In this document: one piece after another, positions 1-10,746 of the stretch
Layout: every line of letters starts with the position of its first letter
Position numbering within the stretch: position 1 is the stretch's first letter
Origin: Bryobacterales bacterium
GTDB taxonomy: Bacteria; Acidobacteriota; Terriglobia; Bryobacterales; UBA6623
DNA: 64,000 nt
Reading direction: 5' to 3'
Assembly (NCBI GenBank): GCA_963422375.2
Contig: OY729428.2
Coordinates: forward strand, 256,001 to 320,000
Position numbers and translations under genes: made by a program
The notes under the pieces: model-generated
Database searches by the model: none
What the model saw: the letters and a program-made list of their open reading frames with translations, nothing else
What the model was told of the DNA's origin: nothing

Positions 1-765
1 GGAACACACGCGCTGGTGCGTGAAAGGAAAAGCGGGGGTGCCGGTGGAGCTGGGCGTGCCGGTATGCATCGTGGAAAGCGAGCACCGATTCGTGATGAAT
101 CACGAAGTGATGTGGAAGGGAAGCGACGTGGACGTGGCGGTGGGAATCGTCGAGGGAGCGCAGGGGCTGTACGCGGGGTTGTCGAGCTGCAGCTTCGACA
201 AGGGCTTTCACAGCCCGGCGAACCGGACGCGCTTGGCGGAACTGCTGTCGTGCAACGCGATGCCACGGAAGGGGAGGCTGTCGAAGGCGGCGAAGGAGAT
301 GGAAGGCGCGCCTGAATTCGTGGCTGCGAGGCAGGCTCACCCGGCCGTGGAGTCGGCGATCAACAATCTCGAGTGCCGCGGTCTGGACAGGGTGATGGAC
401 CGGGGAGCGGAGGGATTCGAGCGGATGATCGGGCTAGCGATCCTGGCGGCGAACGTGCATCGAGTGGGCCGGATCGTGCGCGACAGAGAGCGCGACAGAG
501 AGAGGGAGCGTCTCAAGACGGGACCCTTGCCGCTGGCTGCATAGGCAGTCGGCAGCGATCTGAATTGCCCTGAATTTAAACCTTGAAGAGACAAGGTTCA
601 GGAAAAGTGTACAACTAGAACAGAACTAACTGTATCCTCACAATGAAAATGGAATATGAGGCAATGAGTTCGGTTAATTGGCGCAGACTGTTTCTTCCAT
701 AGCTATCATTTAGTCGGGATCTATCAGCTAGAATCCCCAAAATATCAGGGTTTTGTCACAAGCAC
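1..765 (+). mobile_element. Right part of an IS (ISNCY/IS5-like DDE transposase, C-terminus ending at 544) with right terminal repeat at 750-765
   Basis: ORF 20..544 has KGKAGVPVELG, SFDKGFHS and HPAVESAINNLE transposase motifs; GTTTTGTCACAAGCAC at 750-765 is identical to the right TIR of the MITE at 10475-10490. Confidence 0.8.
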
Positions 766-778
766 TATATAATTCCCA

Positions 779-1030
779 TGGAATAAGATTGAGCACCGCC
801 TGTTTTGCCACATCACGCAGAATTGGCGAGGCAAGCCACTGCGTACATTTGAGACCATTGTCGACTTGATCGGCGGTACGCGCACAGCCGCCGGCCTTCG
901 AGTCAAAGCCAAACTTGACAATAGAAAGTACCCGACCGGTGAGGCAGTAACGAAGGCGGAGATGGACGCCCTGTCGCTCCATCGGAACGAGTTCCACGGT
1001 GATTGGAACTACGAACTACATCCACGATGA
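779..1030 (+). pseudogene. ISAzo13-family transposase, C-terminal fragment
   Basis: Manual translation WNKIEHRLFCHITQNWRGKPLRTFETIVDLIG...FHGDWNYELHPR* matches the ISAzo13 C-terminus; no start, cut at 778. Confidence 0.85.
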
Positions 1031-1435
1031 AGTTGGAAACTTAATATCGATCAAAGTCCTTAGCTTCCAAGCGGTTGCAGTAGGTCCGTGGGACGAAGAT
1101 CGGGCCGATCCGGGCCGGCTCGCACGTTCTGCCACAAGCACGAGCTAATCGACAGGCCGGAGCAGCCCAACTAGAGCTAAGTGCATAACCAGATCGTGGC
1201 GCTTCTCGCAGGCAGCTGCTTGAGCCGGTCGAGGGGCGTCTCAAGACGTCGACATCCGAGTGCGCAGCGCAAGGATCGGCCGGATTGACAGGCAAGCACA
1301 CGGTGGATCGTGCGGTACGAGAATCTGCGCTGATCGGGACACGCCGCAACTGGGTTCGCTCTTGCCGAAACACGCGCCGGAGGGGCCCTCTGGGACTCCG
1401 GCACGAACGGCGCGAAACGGGCTGAGGAACTCGAA

Positions 1436-2986
1436 TCACTGCGGCCGTACGGACAGCCGCTCGATGCGTTGCGCGTCAGCACCCGAGGCCCTCGCCCGGA
1501 GTTTCCGGTACGTCTCCAGCGCCATCGTCGCGCTCGCCGAGTCACCGAGTTGGCCGTAGGCTTGCCCGAGCCTGTAGTGGTAGCTGCCGTCCGGGTCCGC
1601 ATCGAGGATTCGCTCGAGTTGCTCGATCGCTCTCTGCGGTTGGCCGTCCAGCAGATAGGCGCGGCTCAGCTCGGCACGGGCGCGCTCGGAATCGGGGCGA
1701 ATCCGCACGGCGCGCGAGAGGCTGGCGATGGCCTTGGCCAAGCCGTGGAGGCTCAGGCTTGCGCTGCCGTGAAGGAAATGCATCTCCGGAGTCGCCCTGT
1801 CCGGGAGGAATCGTTCGAGCACGCCGAGCACCCCCGCGTAGTCCTGCGCTTCGTATGACGCGCTGGCGAGGCCTGTCGCCAGCACGGGATTCGAAGGATC
1901 GAGATCCAAGGCCCGCCGCCAGCTGCGCGCTGCCTGGCGGTGCGATCCGCCGAGGTCAAGCCGGCGGGCGCGCAATTCATGCAGCTGGGCGGACTCGGGC
2001 ATCGCCGCCAAGCGCCGGATGGCTTGGCTTGCCAGAGCGGCGTGGGCGCGTGACCGCCAGAACAGGCTCGCTGGAGACGACGCGTCGGCGGTCGAATCCA
2101 CGAGATCCGCATACTCACCCCGCTCGTAAATGCAACCGGCATCCGGGCCCGTGCAGTTCGTCACGCCCGGCTCCGGATTCGCGCGCTCGAGACCTGCGGC
2201 TCTGTCCGAGTGCCCGGTCTCGCGGTAGATCGCGGCCAGCGCTCGCACGACTATCCGGGTGGCGGCTTGTCCTAGCGCGTCCCGACGGGCTAGCGCCTCC
2301 CGCAAGTGAGACGAGGCTAACCCGTAGCCGCCTCGGTCCCGAGCTTCCAGCCCAGCCGAAGCCTGCGCGAACGCGTCCCCGGCGAACGAGCGCTCCAGCG
2401 AGCGGGAGTCCGCAGCTTGCAGCTTGCGATGAACCCGGTTCAGTCCGTACCAAACCCGCGGATTGGTCTCCAGCTGGGTCGCCACCGCTCGGAAATGATG
2501 CAGCGCTTCGCCATGCCTCTCCAGCAGCAGGAGCGACTCCGCCAGCATCAGGCGGGCGTTAGGTTCGTCCGGCCGGTCGCTGAGGACTCGCGTCAACGGG
2601 CCGATCGCAGCGCCGTACTCGCGGAGCTGGAAGTGGCTCGCTCCCAAGAACAACCGGGCCGCCACCGACCGGGGGTTCAACTGTAGCGTCTGGCGGCAAA
2701 GGCTGATTGTTTCCCTGTACTGCGCGGCCTTGAACCGGGCCACGGCAAGGTTCCGCCGGATCCGTGAGTCGCCAGGAGCGGCCTCGAGCAGTTCCAGATA
2801 AATCGGAACCGCTTCCGCAGCCCGGCCGGACTCGACCAGCGACCGCGCCCGGGTTGCGGCGCGATGGGCCGCCGCTTCGGGATCCGCGCGAATCCCCGGA
2901 ACGGCCAGCGAGCACGCCGCCAGGGCGAGGCACCGGCCGATCGCGCCAGGTCCAGCTGGCCGAGTCCGCCGGGCGGGCCACCCCAT
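1436..2986 (-). CDS. Exported tetratricopeptide-repeat protein
   Basis: 516 aa; signal-like N-terminus, multiple TPR helix pairs, C-terminal DPDGSYHYRLGQAY. Confidence 0.85.
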   Translation of the reverse strand: MGWPARRTRPAGPGAIGRCLALAACSLAVPGIRADPEAAAHRAATRARSLVESGRAAEAVPIYLELLEAAPGDSRIRRNLAVARFKAAQYRETISLCRQTLQLNPRSVAARLFLGASHFQLREYGAAIGPLTRVLSDRPDEPNARLMLAESLLLLERHGEALHHFRAVATQLETNPRVWYGLNRVHRKLQAADSRSLERSFAGDAFAQASAGLEARDRGGYGLASSHLREALARRDALGQAATRIVVRALAAIYRETGHSDRAAGLERANPEPGVTNCTGPDAGCIYERGEYADLVDSTADASSPASLFWRSRAHAALASQAIRRLAAMPESAQLHELRARRLDLGGSHRQAARSWRRALDLDPSNPVLATGLASASYEAQDYAGVLGVLERFLPDRATPEMHFLHGSASLSLHGLAKAIASLSRAVRIRPDSERARAELSRAYLLDGQPQRAIEQLERILDADPDGSYHYRLGQAYGQLGDSASATMALETYRKLRARASGADAQRIERLSVRPQ

Positions 2987-2992
2987 ATCCGC

Positions 2993-4273
2993 CTAGCCCA
3001 GCAGCCCGGGGATCAGCTCTCCTCCGTTGGCCGCCTTGACCGGCCGACGCAGCGGCGTGTCGTATTCGTGCGTGGGGTCGATCCCTAGGATCGTGCAGAG
3101 GGTGTACATCAGATTCTCCGGTTCCACAGGGAGGTCCGTGACCTCCGCCGCGTGCTTGTCCGTGGCCCCTAGAACCCGTCCGCCGGGTATGCCGGCACCC
3201 GCGAGCGCGATCGACCAGCAGTCGTTGTGGTGGTCGCGCCCGGCACCTGCGTTGATCTTGGGCGTGCGGCCGAACTCGCCCATCGCTAGGACGAGGGTCG
3301 TGTCGAGCATGCCGCGCTGGTCTAAGTCCTCCAAGAGCGAGGCGAAAGCGCGGTCGAATTCGGGCAGCAGCAGCTTCTTCATCGTGTTGAAGTTGTCGCC
3401 GTGCGTGTCGTAGTTGAGCCAGCCCTTCGCGACCGTCACGAAACGCACCCCGCCCTCGACCAAGCGGCGGGCGAGCAGGCAGCCCTGGCCCACGGGCGTG
3501 CGTCCGTAACGCTCTCGCAGGGCGGCGGGTTCGGCCTCGACGTCGAAGGCCTTCTTCGCGCTCGGGGAGCTAAGCAGCGAGTACGCCTTCTCGTAGTACG
3601 AGTCCATCGACCGGAAGCCGCGGCTGCTCTCGACGGCCCGGAACTTCGCGTCCATGCTCTCGAGCAGCTTGCGCCGATTTCCGAGCCGCGACCAGTCCAC
3701 GTCGGCCGAGAGGCTCAGGTCGCGGGCCTGGTAGCCGGGCGTGTTCGGGTTCCCGGCGTTGAATGGGTTGTGCCCGCTGCCCAAGTACCCGGCGCCGTAG
3801 GACGGGAACGTCTGCGGCACCGCCACGTAGGCCGGCAGCCCGTTCCTCGCGCCGAGCCGCTCCGAGACGATGGAACCCAAGCTGGGAAACTCGATCGTCG
3901 GCAGCGGCAGGTAGCCCGTCAGCAGGTAGTTGATGGCCCGCTCGTGGTTGTTCTCCTTCGACCGCATGGACCGGAGGATCGTGAACCGGTCGGTCTGCCG
4001 GGCGGTGAACGGCAGGTGCTCGCAAATCTGTACGCCGGGCGTGTTGGTGGGAATCGGCTTGAACTCGCCGCGGTATTCCGACGGTGCGTCGGGCTTCATG
4101 TCGAAGGTGTCCTGGTGCGGGCAGCCGCCGCTCTGCCAGATCAGGATGCAGGAGATGTCCTTGCCGGCATCGGCGCGCAGCGCCTGGTGCAGGCTGAGTC
4201 CCAGCGGTGCCAGCGAGCCCACCCTGACGAAGTCGCGTCGTCCGAACAGCGACGTGTGGTTGGTGATCCGCAT
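2993..4273 (-). CDS. DUF1501 family protein with Tat-like signal
   Basis: Start MRITNHTSLFGRRDFVR; GGCPHQDTFDMKP, GCLLARRLVEGGVRFV and GEFGRTPKIN...GRDH motifs; the ORF-track extension to 5290 overlaps the upstream gene. Confidence 0.9.
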   Translation of the reverse strand: MRITNHTSLFGRRDFVRVGSLAPLGLSLHQALRADAGKDISCILIWQSGGCPHQDTFDMKPDAPSEYRGEFKPIPTNTPGVQICEHLPFTARQTDRFTILRSMRSKENNHERAINYLLTGYLPLPTIEFPSLGSIVSERLGARNGLPAYVAVPQTFPSYGAGYLGSGHNPFNAGNPNTPGYQARDLSLSADVDWSRLGNRRKLLESMDAKFRAVESSRGFRSMDSYYEKAYSLLSSPSAKKAFDVEAEPAALRERYGRTPVGQGCLLARRLVEGGVRFVTVAKGWLNYDTHGDNFNTMKKLLLPEFDRAFASLLEDLDQRGMLDTTLVLAMGEFGRTPKINAGAGRDHHNDCWSIALAGAGIPGGRVLGATDKHAAEVTDLPVEPENLMYTLCTILGIDPTHEYDTPLRRPVKAANGGELIPGLLG

Positions 4274-4296
4274 GGCTCCGGTCTCCGTTCGTCCGG

Positions 4297-6714
4297 TCAG
4301 TGCTGGTACAGGAACTCCTTGGAGTTCAGCAGGGCCCAGAAGACGTCTTCCAGCCCCTGCGTTCGATCGCGAGCGTCGCGGACCGCCGCCCGGGAGGCCT
4401 CCAGCTCGGCCGGATCGGGGAAGCGCGCCAGCGTCCGCAGGTACAGCTCCTCGATGATCCGGGCGTCGCCCAGCCCCCGCTCGATCAGCTGCCGGAGCGC
4501 TCCGCCCTCGTCGCGCACCTTGCCGTGGACGGTGTCCCCGCTCACCAGGTGCAGCGCCTGGTTCAGCGAGCTGGTGGTGGCGCGGTCGGAGACGAGCTGG
4601 CGCGAGGGCCGGTCGAAGACATCGAGGAAGTACGAGGGCACCTCGGGCTCCGGGAGCTGCGCGGCGCGGGTTCCGGGATACATCGACGGATACTCCTCGG
4701 GGACACCGGTGGCCAGCACGATGGAATCCAGTAGCTGCTCGGCGCTCAGCCGCAGGGCGTAGAAGTGCGAGTGCCCGAGCGTGTCCTCGCGATTGGCCTC
4801 GGTGGGCGTCGCCGACAGCTGGTAGGCGCAGCTGGTGGCGATCTCGCGAATGAGGGCCTTCAGGTCGTACCCGCCCGCAACGAAGCCGTCCGCCAGCGCG
4901 TCCAGCAGCTCGGGGTTCGAAGGCGGGTTCGTCTCGCGGAAGTCGTCCACCGGCTCCACGATGCCCCGGCCCATGAACTGCTTCCACATGCGGTTGACGA
5001 TCGCCCGGCTGAAGTAGGGGTTCCCGGCAGCCGTCATCCAGTCCGCGAGGGCCGCGCGCCGGTCCGAGCGACCGCCGGTGCCAACGCGCCGGCCGCCGAG
5101 GGCCTTGGGCCGGTAGGTCTTCTCGGTCTCGGGATGCTTGAACTCGCGGTCGAAGTCCAGGTAGAGCGCCCGCTCGTTGTTCCGCGGGCCGACCCCGCCC
5201 TTGTAGCTCACCTGCGAGAAGAACGCCGCCATCCCGTTGTAGTCGTCCTGCGTCCAGCGCTCCATGGGATGGTCGTGGCAGCGCGCGCACTCGATCCGCA
5301 CGCCTAGGAAAAGCTGGCTCGCCTGAGCCGCCAGATCCAGCGGCTTCTTCATGAGCGGGTAGAAGCTCGTGGCCGGACTGTCGTACATGTTGCCGGACGA
5401 GGTCATCAGCGCCCGCACGAACTCGTCGTAGGGCATGTTGTCGCGGAACGCGTCGTACAGCCAGCGGGTGAAGGTGTAGGGCCCCTTGTTGTACAGGAGC
5501 TGCTTGGTGTTGTTGAGGTGATCGCCCCAGTACAGCGACCAGAAGTCGGCGTACTCGGGGCGCTCGAGGAGCCGGTCCACGAGCTTGGCGCGCTTGTCCG
5601 GGTCCGTGTCGGCGAGGAACGCCCGCGCCGCGCCCGAGTCGGGGATCACCCCGATGATGTCGAGGTAGGCCCGTCTCAGGAAGGTCGCGTCGTCGGCCGC
5701 TCCCGAGGGCGGCACTTGCAGCTCCCGGAGCTTGCCGAGCAGGTGCCGGTCGATCGGGTGGTCGCAGGCGACGTCCGGCACGGGATGCCTCTCGGTGACC
5801 ACGCCGATTCGGGCGGCAGCGACGGCCCCTCCCGCGCGCACCAGCACGGTCGTCTGCCCTCGGGCGCGCGAGGTCACCGTGCCGCGCTGGTCCACGCCGG
5901 CGACACTCTCGTCGTGCGACTCGAAATGAGCGAGGCGGGTGAAGTCCGCCTCGGTCCCGTCCGAGAAGCGGGCCGTCACCAGCAGCGGCAGGCTGGCCGC
6001 GGCGCTCTGGAACACGATTTCGGGCGGATGGACGGCAAGGCTCTCGACGCGCTTCTCGACGGCGGGATCGAGCCGTGCCCCGTCGCGGATCCAGGAGAGG
6101 ATGGCACGGTACCCGGGCGAATCGGTCGCGAGCACCTGCCCGCCGCCGTGGGCCTCAAGGAAGGTGGGCTTTCGCAGGAAGAGACTCCGCTCCGGCGCCG
6201 CGCGGTCGATGCGCCGTCCGCCCTCCGCCTCGGCGATCATGGAGTAGTCCTCGTCGGGGCGGTAGCCGAACAGGGACAGCTTGAAGCCGTTCTGGCCGTT
6301 CATCGCGCCGTGGCAGTTGCCGCCGTTGCAGCCCGCCTTGGAGAGAACGGGGACGACGTCTCCGCCGAAGCTGGTCGGCAGGGGCGCTTCCGCCCGCTGG
6401 ACGAGGGCCGTCGTGCTGCCGCGCAAGCCTCGGAGTGTCGCCGTGATGCGCGCGCCTCCGAAGGACTCGGCGCGCACCGTCCCGTCCGCCGAAACGGCCG
6501 CTACCGCGGGGCTGGCCGAGCGGAAGAGCGCTCTGGACGTGACGTCCTCGGTCCGGCCGTCGCCGTGCTTGGCCAGCACGACCAGGCGCTGCTCGGCTCC
6601 CTTGCCGAACAGGAGGGGATTCTCCGGCAGCACGAGAAGCCTCTCGGGCGCGGAACCTAGGGCCGCGAGGCACGCGAGGGCGCCCGATGCCGCGAGTCGC
6701 GTCAGTCTCCGCAT
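4297..6714 (-). CDS. DUF1549/DUF1553 protein with Ig-like (Big_2) domains and heme-binding-type motifs
   Basis: 805 aa; CNGGNCHG, FLRRAYLDIIG, CARCHDHP, NPPSNPELLDALA and DVFWALLNSKEF. Confidence 0.9.
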   Translation of the reverse strand: MRRLTRLAASGALACLAALGSAPERLLVLPENPLLFGKGAEQRLVVLAKHGDGRTEDVTSRALFRSASPAVAAVSADGTVRAESFGGARITATLRGLRGSTTALVQRAEAPLPTSFGGDVVPVLSKAGCNGGNCHGAMNGQNGFKLSLFGYRPDEDYSMIAEAEGGRRIDRAAPERSLFLRKPTFLEAHGGGQVLATDSPGYRAILSWIRDGARLDPAVEKRVESLAVHPPEIVFQSAAASLPLLVTARFSDGTEADFTRLAHFESHDESVAGVDQRGTVTSRARGQTTVLVRAGGAVAAARIGVVTERHPVPDVACDHPIDRHLLGKLRELQVPPSGAADDATFLRRAYLDIIGVIPDSGAARAFLADTDPDKRAKLVDRLLERPEYADFWSLYWGDHLNNTKQLLYNKGPYTFTRWLYDAFRDNMPYDEFVRALMTSSGNMYDSPATSFYPLMKKPLDLAAQASQLFLGVRIECARCHDHPMERWTQDDYNGMAAFFSQVSYKGGVGPRNNERALYLDFDREFKHPETEKTYRPKALGGRRVGTGGRSDRRAALADWMTAAGNPYFSRAIVNRMWKQFMGRGIVEPVDDFRETNPPSNPELLDALADGFVAGGYDLKALIREIATSCAYQLSATPTEANREDTLGHSHFYALRLSAEQLLDSIVLATGVPEEYPSMYPGTRAAQLPEPEVPSYFLDVFDRPSRQLVSDRATTSSLNQALHLVSGDTVHGKVRDEGGALRQLIERGLGDARIIEELYLRTLARFPDPAELEASRAAVRDARDRTQGLEDVFWALLNSKEFLYQH

Positions 6715-6717
6715 TCC

Positions 6718-8751
6718 TCAGTCAACGACCACCGTGACCACCGGCGCCTGCTCCTGCGCGCCTGATTCAGCGGTCCCAATCACGGCGACGGTCGGATAGG
6801 AGCCTCGGACGGCGTCGGCGCCGGCCTGCAGTCCTATGGTAATGGCGCGCCTGTCGCCGGCGGCGGTCGCCGGGTCGAAAGACACGCCTGGCGGCAGGTT
6901 CTCGAAGCCGAACCGGACCGCTTCCGCGAAGCCCTTGTCGCGGAGCAGCTCCACGGGCAGCGCCGCCCGCCCGCCTCGTACCAGGTTGACCGTCCGGAGC
7001 TGGGCCGCGAGTTCGAACCGCGGCCGCTCGGCGATCGCGAACGCGAGGCCTTGAAGACGGGTTTCCGTCGCGCCCTCGCCGCCGCCGCTGGCGATGCGCA
7101 CGTCGCTCCAAGCAGGCGTGCCGGTGCGAGTCGCGACCACTTGGACCGCTGCGCGCGTCCTCTCGGGCGAATCGGTGCGCAGGGAGATGGTCGCCTTCTG
7201 GCTGCGGTCGCCCTCGGGCACCGAAAGCGCGGCGGCTGCCGGGACGACGACAGGCTCCGCCGTCACCCCGGAAGGGAGCCCGATCACGGAGAGTTCCACG
7301 CTCTCGCCGTGCCCTTCGATTCGACGGACGCTGAGCCCTAGAGTGGCCTCCCCGCCGGGGTAGGCGTGGATCCTGTCCCTGTCGAGCAGCAGCTCAATCG
7401 CTGGTCGCGGCCGTCGCGCCTCGAGATGGTACGGCGCGGGCAGGCGCGACGTCTGCCACAGGTTGCGGACTTGCAGCTCGTACTCTCCACTCTTGCGGAA
7501 TGTATGGAACAGCTTGGGATCCTTGTTGAAGCGGACTCCGGGAAGATCCGCGTCGTCGTTCGACGCGACCTCCGGGCAGCAATCGCCGCCGTCCTCCCCG
7601 CGCCGGATCTCTACGAGGCGCAGCGTGACGTCGGTCGGCGAGCCGAGGCGGCGGGCGAGGACCTCGAACACCACCGTCTCCCCCTCGGAGGCTTCAAACG
7701 CGAAGCGGTCGGGGCGTTCGTAAGGGGCCACCCCTTGTACCGCCGAGGGGACCGTGAGGGCCGTCCCGACGACATGGACGGGCAGGTCATGCACCCAGAA
7801 GGGGACGGGGTTCGACCGACCGCGCGGTGTCTCCACGGATAGGGAGTGGAGGCCTCGGGGCGCTTCCGGATCGACCTCGACGAGAACTTCGCCGCGGTCT
7901 CCGTCCATGGAGACCACCCTGCCGCTGGCACCCTCTTGGGAAAACTCCAAAGAAGCTCCGGAGGAGTCCAGCCCGGTCCCGACGACGGTCGCCGACACGG
8001 CGGTCCCGGCCTTGAGCGCCAAGGGCACTAGTAGGTCGAGGTGCGGCGCCCGCCGAATGTCGAGCTGGTAGCCGAAGGTCGGGCGCGCTCGCCCGCGGGT
8101 GGGTTGCAGCGCGAGGTAGTACGCGCCCCCGGCCTCGAACCGGTGGCTGAAGAACGGATCCCAGATGAAACGGTCCTCGCTATGCTGCAGCTTCGCCCCG
8201 TCGCTGCCGAGCAGGATCATCGAGGCATCCAGACCGCTGCCGTTGCGGGCCGCCTTGAGGTCGAAAATCCACCGGTCGCCCGCCTCGGCCCGGAAGCGGA
8301 AGATGTCGATGTCGTCGGCTCGGTCGATCCTTCCGTTCAGCGTGGTCGGCGGGTGGACGGCCTGGGCCCGGCCGAGAGCGCCGTTCGGCTCCGCCTCGAG
8401 GCGGTGGGGCTGGTCGCCGACGCGGAAGAGCATGACGTTCGACGCGCCTCGCGGTCCGAACGCACGGAAGTAGTGCGGTCCGAGACCCGCGGACGAATCC
8501 ACCTCCAGCGCCAGGGACACCCGGGTGTGGCTGGTCGAGAGGACCGTCCCCCGGATCCCCGGTTGCAAGAATCCGACGGCTTCAAGCCTGTCGAGGTGCT
8601 GGCCGAGCACTTCGACGGTGAGGGCGGAACCCGGCTCGGCGCCCTGCGGGAAGACCGAGGCGAGGCGAGGCGACTTGTGCGCAGGGCGTCCGTCGGACGC
8701 ATGCCCAACCGCCACGGCCAGCAGCAGGACTGCGGCGAGTCGTCGCACCAT
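6718..8751 (-). CDS. PPC (pre-peptidase C-terminal) domain exported protein
   Basis: 677 aa; signal peptide, EAEPNG, DDIDIFRF and NDD motifs; typical partner of DUF1501/DUF1549 genes. Confidence 0.8.
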   Translation of the reverse strand: MVRRLAAVLLLAVAVGHASDGRPAHKSPRLASVFPQGAEPGSALTVEVLGQHLDRLEAVGFLQPGIRGTVLSTSHTRVSLALEVDSSAGLGPHYFRAFGPRGASNVMLFRVGDQPHRLEAEPNGALGRAQAVHPPTTLNGRIDRADDIDIFRFRAEAGDRWIFDLKAARNGSGLDASMILLGSDGAKLQHSEDRFIWDPFFSHRFEAGGAYYLALQPTRGRARPTFGYQLDIRRAPHLDLLVPLALKAGTAVSATVVGTGLDSSGASLEFSQEGASGRVVSMDGDRGEVLVEVDPEAPRGLHSLSVETPRGRSNPVPFWVHDLPVHVVGTALTVPSAVQGVAPYERPDRFAFEASEGETVVFEVLARRLGSPTDVTLRLVEIRRGEDGGDCCPEVASNDDADLPGVRFNKDPKLFHTFRKSGEYELQVRNLWQTSRLPAPYHLEARRPRPAIELLLDRDRIHAYPGGEATLGLSVRRIEGHGESVELSVIGLPSGVTAEPVVVPAAAALSVPEGDRSQKATISLRTDSPERTRAAVQVVATRTGTPAWSDVRIASGGGEGATETRLQGLAFAIAERPRFELAAQLRTVNLVRGGRAALPVELLRDKGFAEAVRFGFENLPPGVSFDPATAAGDRRAITIGLQAGADAVRGSYPTVAVIGTAESGAQEQAPVVTVVVD

Positions 8752-8981
8752 GGATTGCCGAATTCATGTTACCCGCCCGAGCACCCGCTGGCGAGGGCCG
8801 ACCGAGGTCAGGCGAGCAGACCCGGCAAGGCGGGCTGCCGCGGCCCGCCCTGTGCTACGATCGGCGGAATTCGGGGCACGGACGCGGCGCGTAACCGAGA
8901 CCGGCGCGAGACCAGCTCGGCGTGCCGGAGCCTCCTGCCCGCTGATTTGCCGGGCGTAGCGGGGTCGATGGCGCGGGGGGC

Positions 8982-10746
8982 GTGCCGGTCGCTCTGGCGT
9001 TGGCGGCCGCGGCCCTGCTCCTCGGCCCGATATTTTCGGCCTTCGCGCAGGCCCGCAAGGACCTGGCGGATCTAGACCGGCTGGCCCGCCAGCGCATGGC
9101 CGAGGGCGACTATCGATCCGCCGTCGACTTGTATTCGGAGCTCGAACGGGCCTTGCCGCGCGACGAGGGCGTGAGCCTCAACGTCGCTATCGCCCTCCAT
9201 ATGGCGGGCCGGCACGGCGAAGCGCTCCCCAAATTGCGGAAGGCGCGGGAAGCCGGGGTCGGAGGGGCATACGTCCTGCACCTGATCGGGACGGCGCACG
9301 TCGCGCTGGGCGAGGACGCCCGCGCGCTCGAGCCGCTGCGCCGGGCGGTCGAGGCCGACCCAAGCATGAGCGCCGGGGTCGGCGCGCTGGCGGGGACTCT
9401 GGCCAGGATGGGCTCGCACGTCGAAGCGGCCCGGCAATTCCGGCGCTGGACCGAGCTTGCGCCACGCAACCCGGCGGCTTGGTTCGGCTTGGGCGTCACC
9501 TGCGCGACCGTGGCGCAAGCGGCTCTGCAGTCCTTGGAGCGAGAGGCCCCGGAATCGGCCCATATGGATGGTCGCCCTCGTCGCCGAAGTGCAGCTCGAG
9601 CGCGAGGAATACGCCAGCGCGATGCATCTGTTCCGGGAGGCCCTCCGCAGAAGGGCGGACCTGCCTGGCATCCACAGCGGCTTGGCGGAGATCTACCGCC
9701 GCACCGGCCACGCCGACTGGGCGGCCGTGGAGGACGGGCGCGAGCCCCGCAGCTCCGACGAGACTTGCGGTGACCGGTCGCCCGGCTGCCTCTACCGGCG
9801 GAAGCGCTGGGCCGAGTTGGCGGCGGTTGCGCAGGACCAGCCCGGCACGGAGCGCCACTTCTGGGTCTCCCGTGCCTATGGCGCGCTCGCCCGGAGAGCC
9901 TACGAGCGCCTGACGAGGCTGCCGCCCTCGGCCGAGAGCCACGAGTACGAGGCGCGGACCCACCGCGAGCGAGGACGCCACGACGCGGCGGCGGAGTCCT
10001 GGCGGGCCGCGCTGGAGGCTCGCCCGGGCAGCCCCGCCTACGAGACAGACCTTGCCATATCGCTGCAGATGGCGGGCCGCTTCGCAGAGGCACTCCCTCG
10101 GCTGGAACGCTTGATCGCGCAGTCCCCGGGCTCGGTCGAGCTCACCTACGCGCTGGGCCAGGCCCTGCTGAACTTGCAGCGAGCGGAAGACGCGGCGCCG
10201 CTCCTGGGCGAGGTCGCAGCGCGGGCGGCTAGTTTGTGCCTGTGACAAAACTCGTATCCTCTTGACAACAAAGGCGTTAGGTCCAATCTCTCAAGGCGAA
10301 GATTTCACTGGAATGCTACGACTAGTCCGAAATCCTGCCGATTCTGGGTAGAGCGCGGAAATCTTCGTGATTGGCGGCTGAGCAACTTCCGACCTTGGGC
10401 CCTATATGTTGTGTTTGGAGATCCATCCGACATCAGGATGTAGTATGAAATGCTGATCAGGCCAGAATTCAGGGGTTTTGTCACAAGCACTAGTTTCCTT
10501 CCCGCTCGCGCCTCTCTCGGCCTGGCGCTCCTCAGGCTGGACCGTGCGGCCGAGGCGATTCCGCATCTCGAAGCTGCCTTGCCTGCCGATTCGGACGGCA
10601 GCACGCACTTCCGCTTGGCGCAAGCCTTCCGGCAGGCCGGTCGCACGGCCGAGGCTGAGGGGATGCTGGCCAAGTACGGGGCGATGAGGCGCCAGACCGA
10701 AGAACGCGAAGCCTTCATCGAGAGACTCCAGATCACTCCGCCGTAG
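8982..10746 (+). pseudogene. TPR protein pseudogene (frameshift near 9560-9570 plus MITE insertion)
   Basis: ORF pieces 8982..9773, 9457..10245 and 10450..10746 join into one TPR protein resembling 1436..2986; removing the MITE and one TSD copy restores the frame AASFLPARASLG. Confidence 0.85.
10236..10490. mobile_element. 255-bp MITE (non-autonomous IS derivative)
   Basis: TIRs GTGCCTGTGACAAAAC (10236-10251) and GTTTTGTCACAAGCAC (10475-10490) match 15/16; 6-bp direct repeat TAGTTT at 10230-10235 and 10491-10496; no transposase. Confidence 0.92.
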
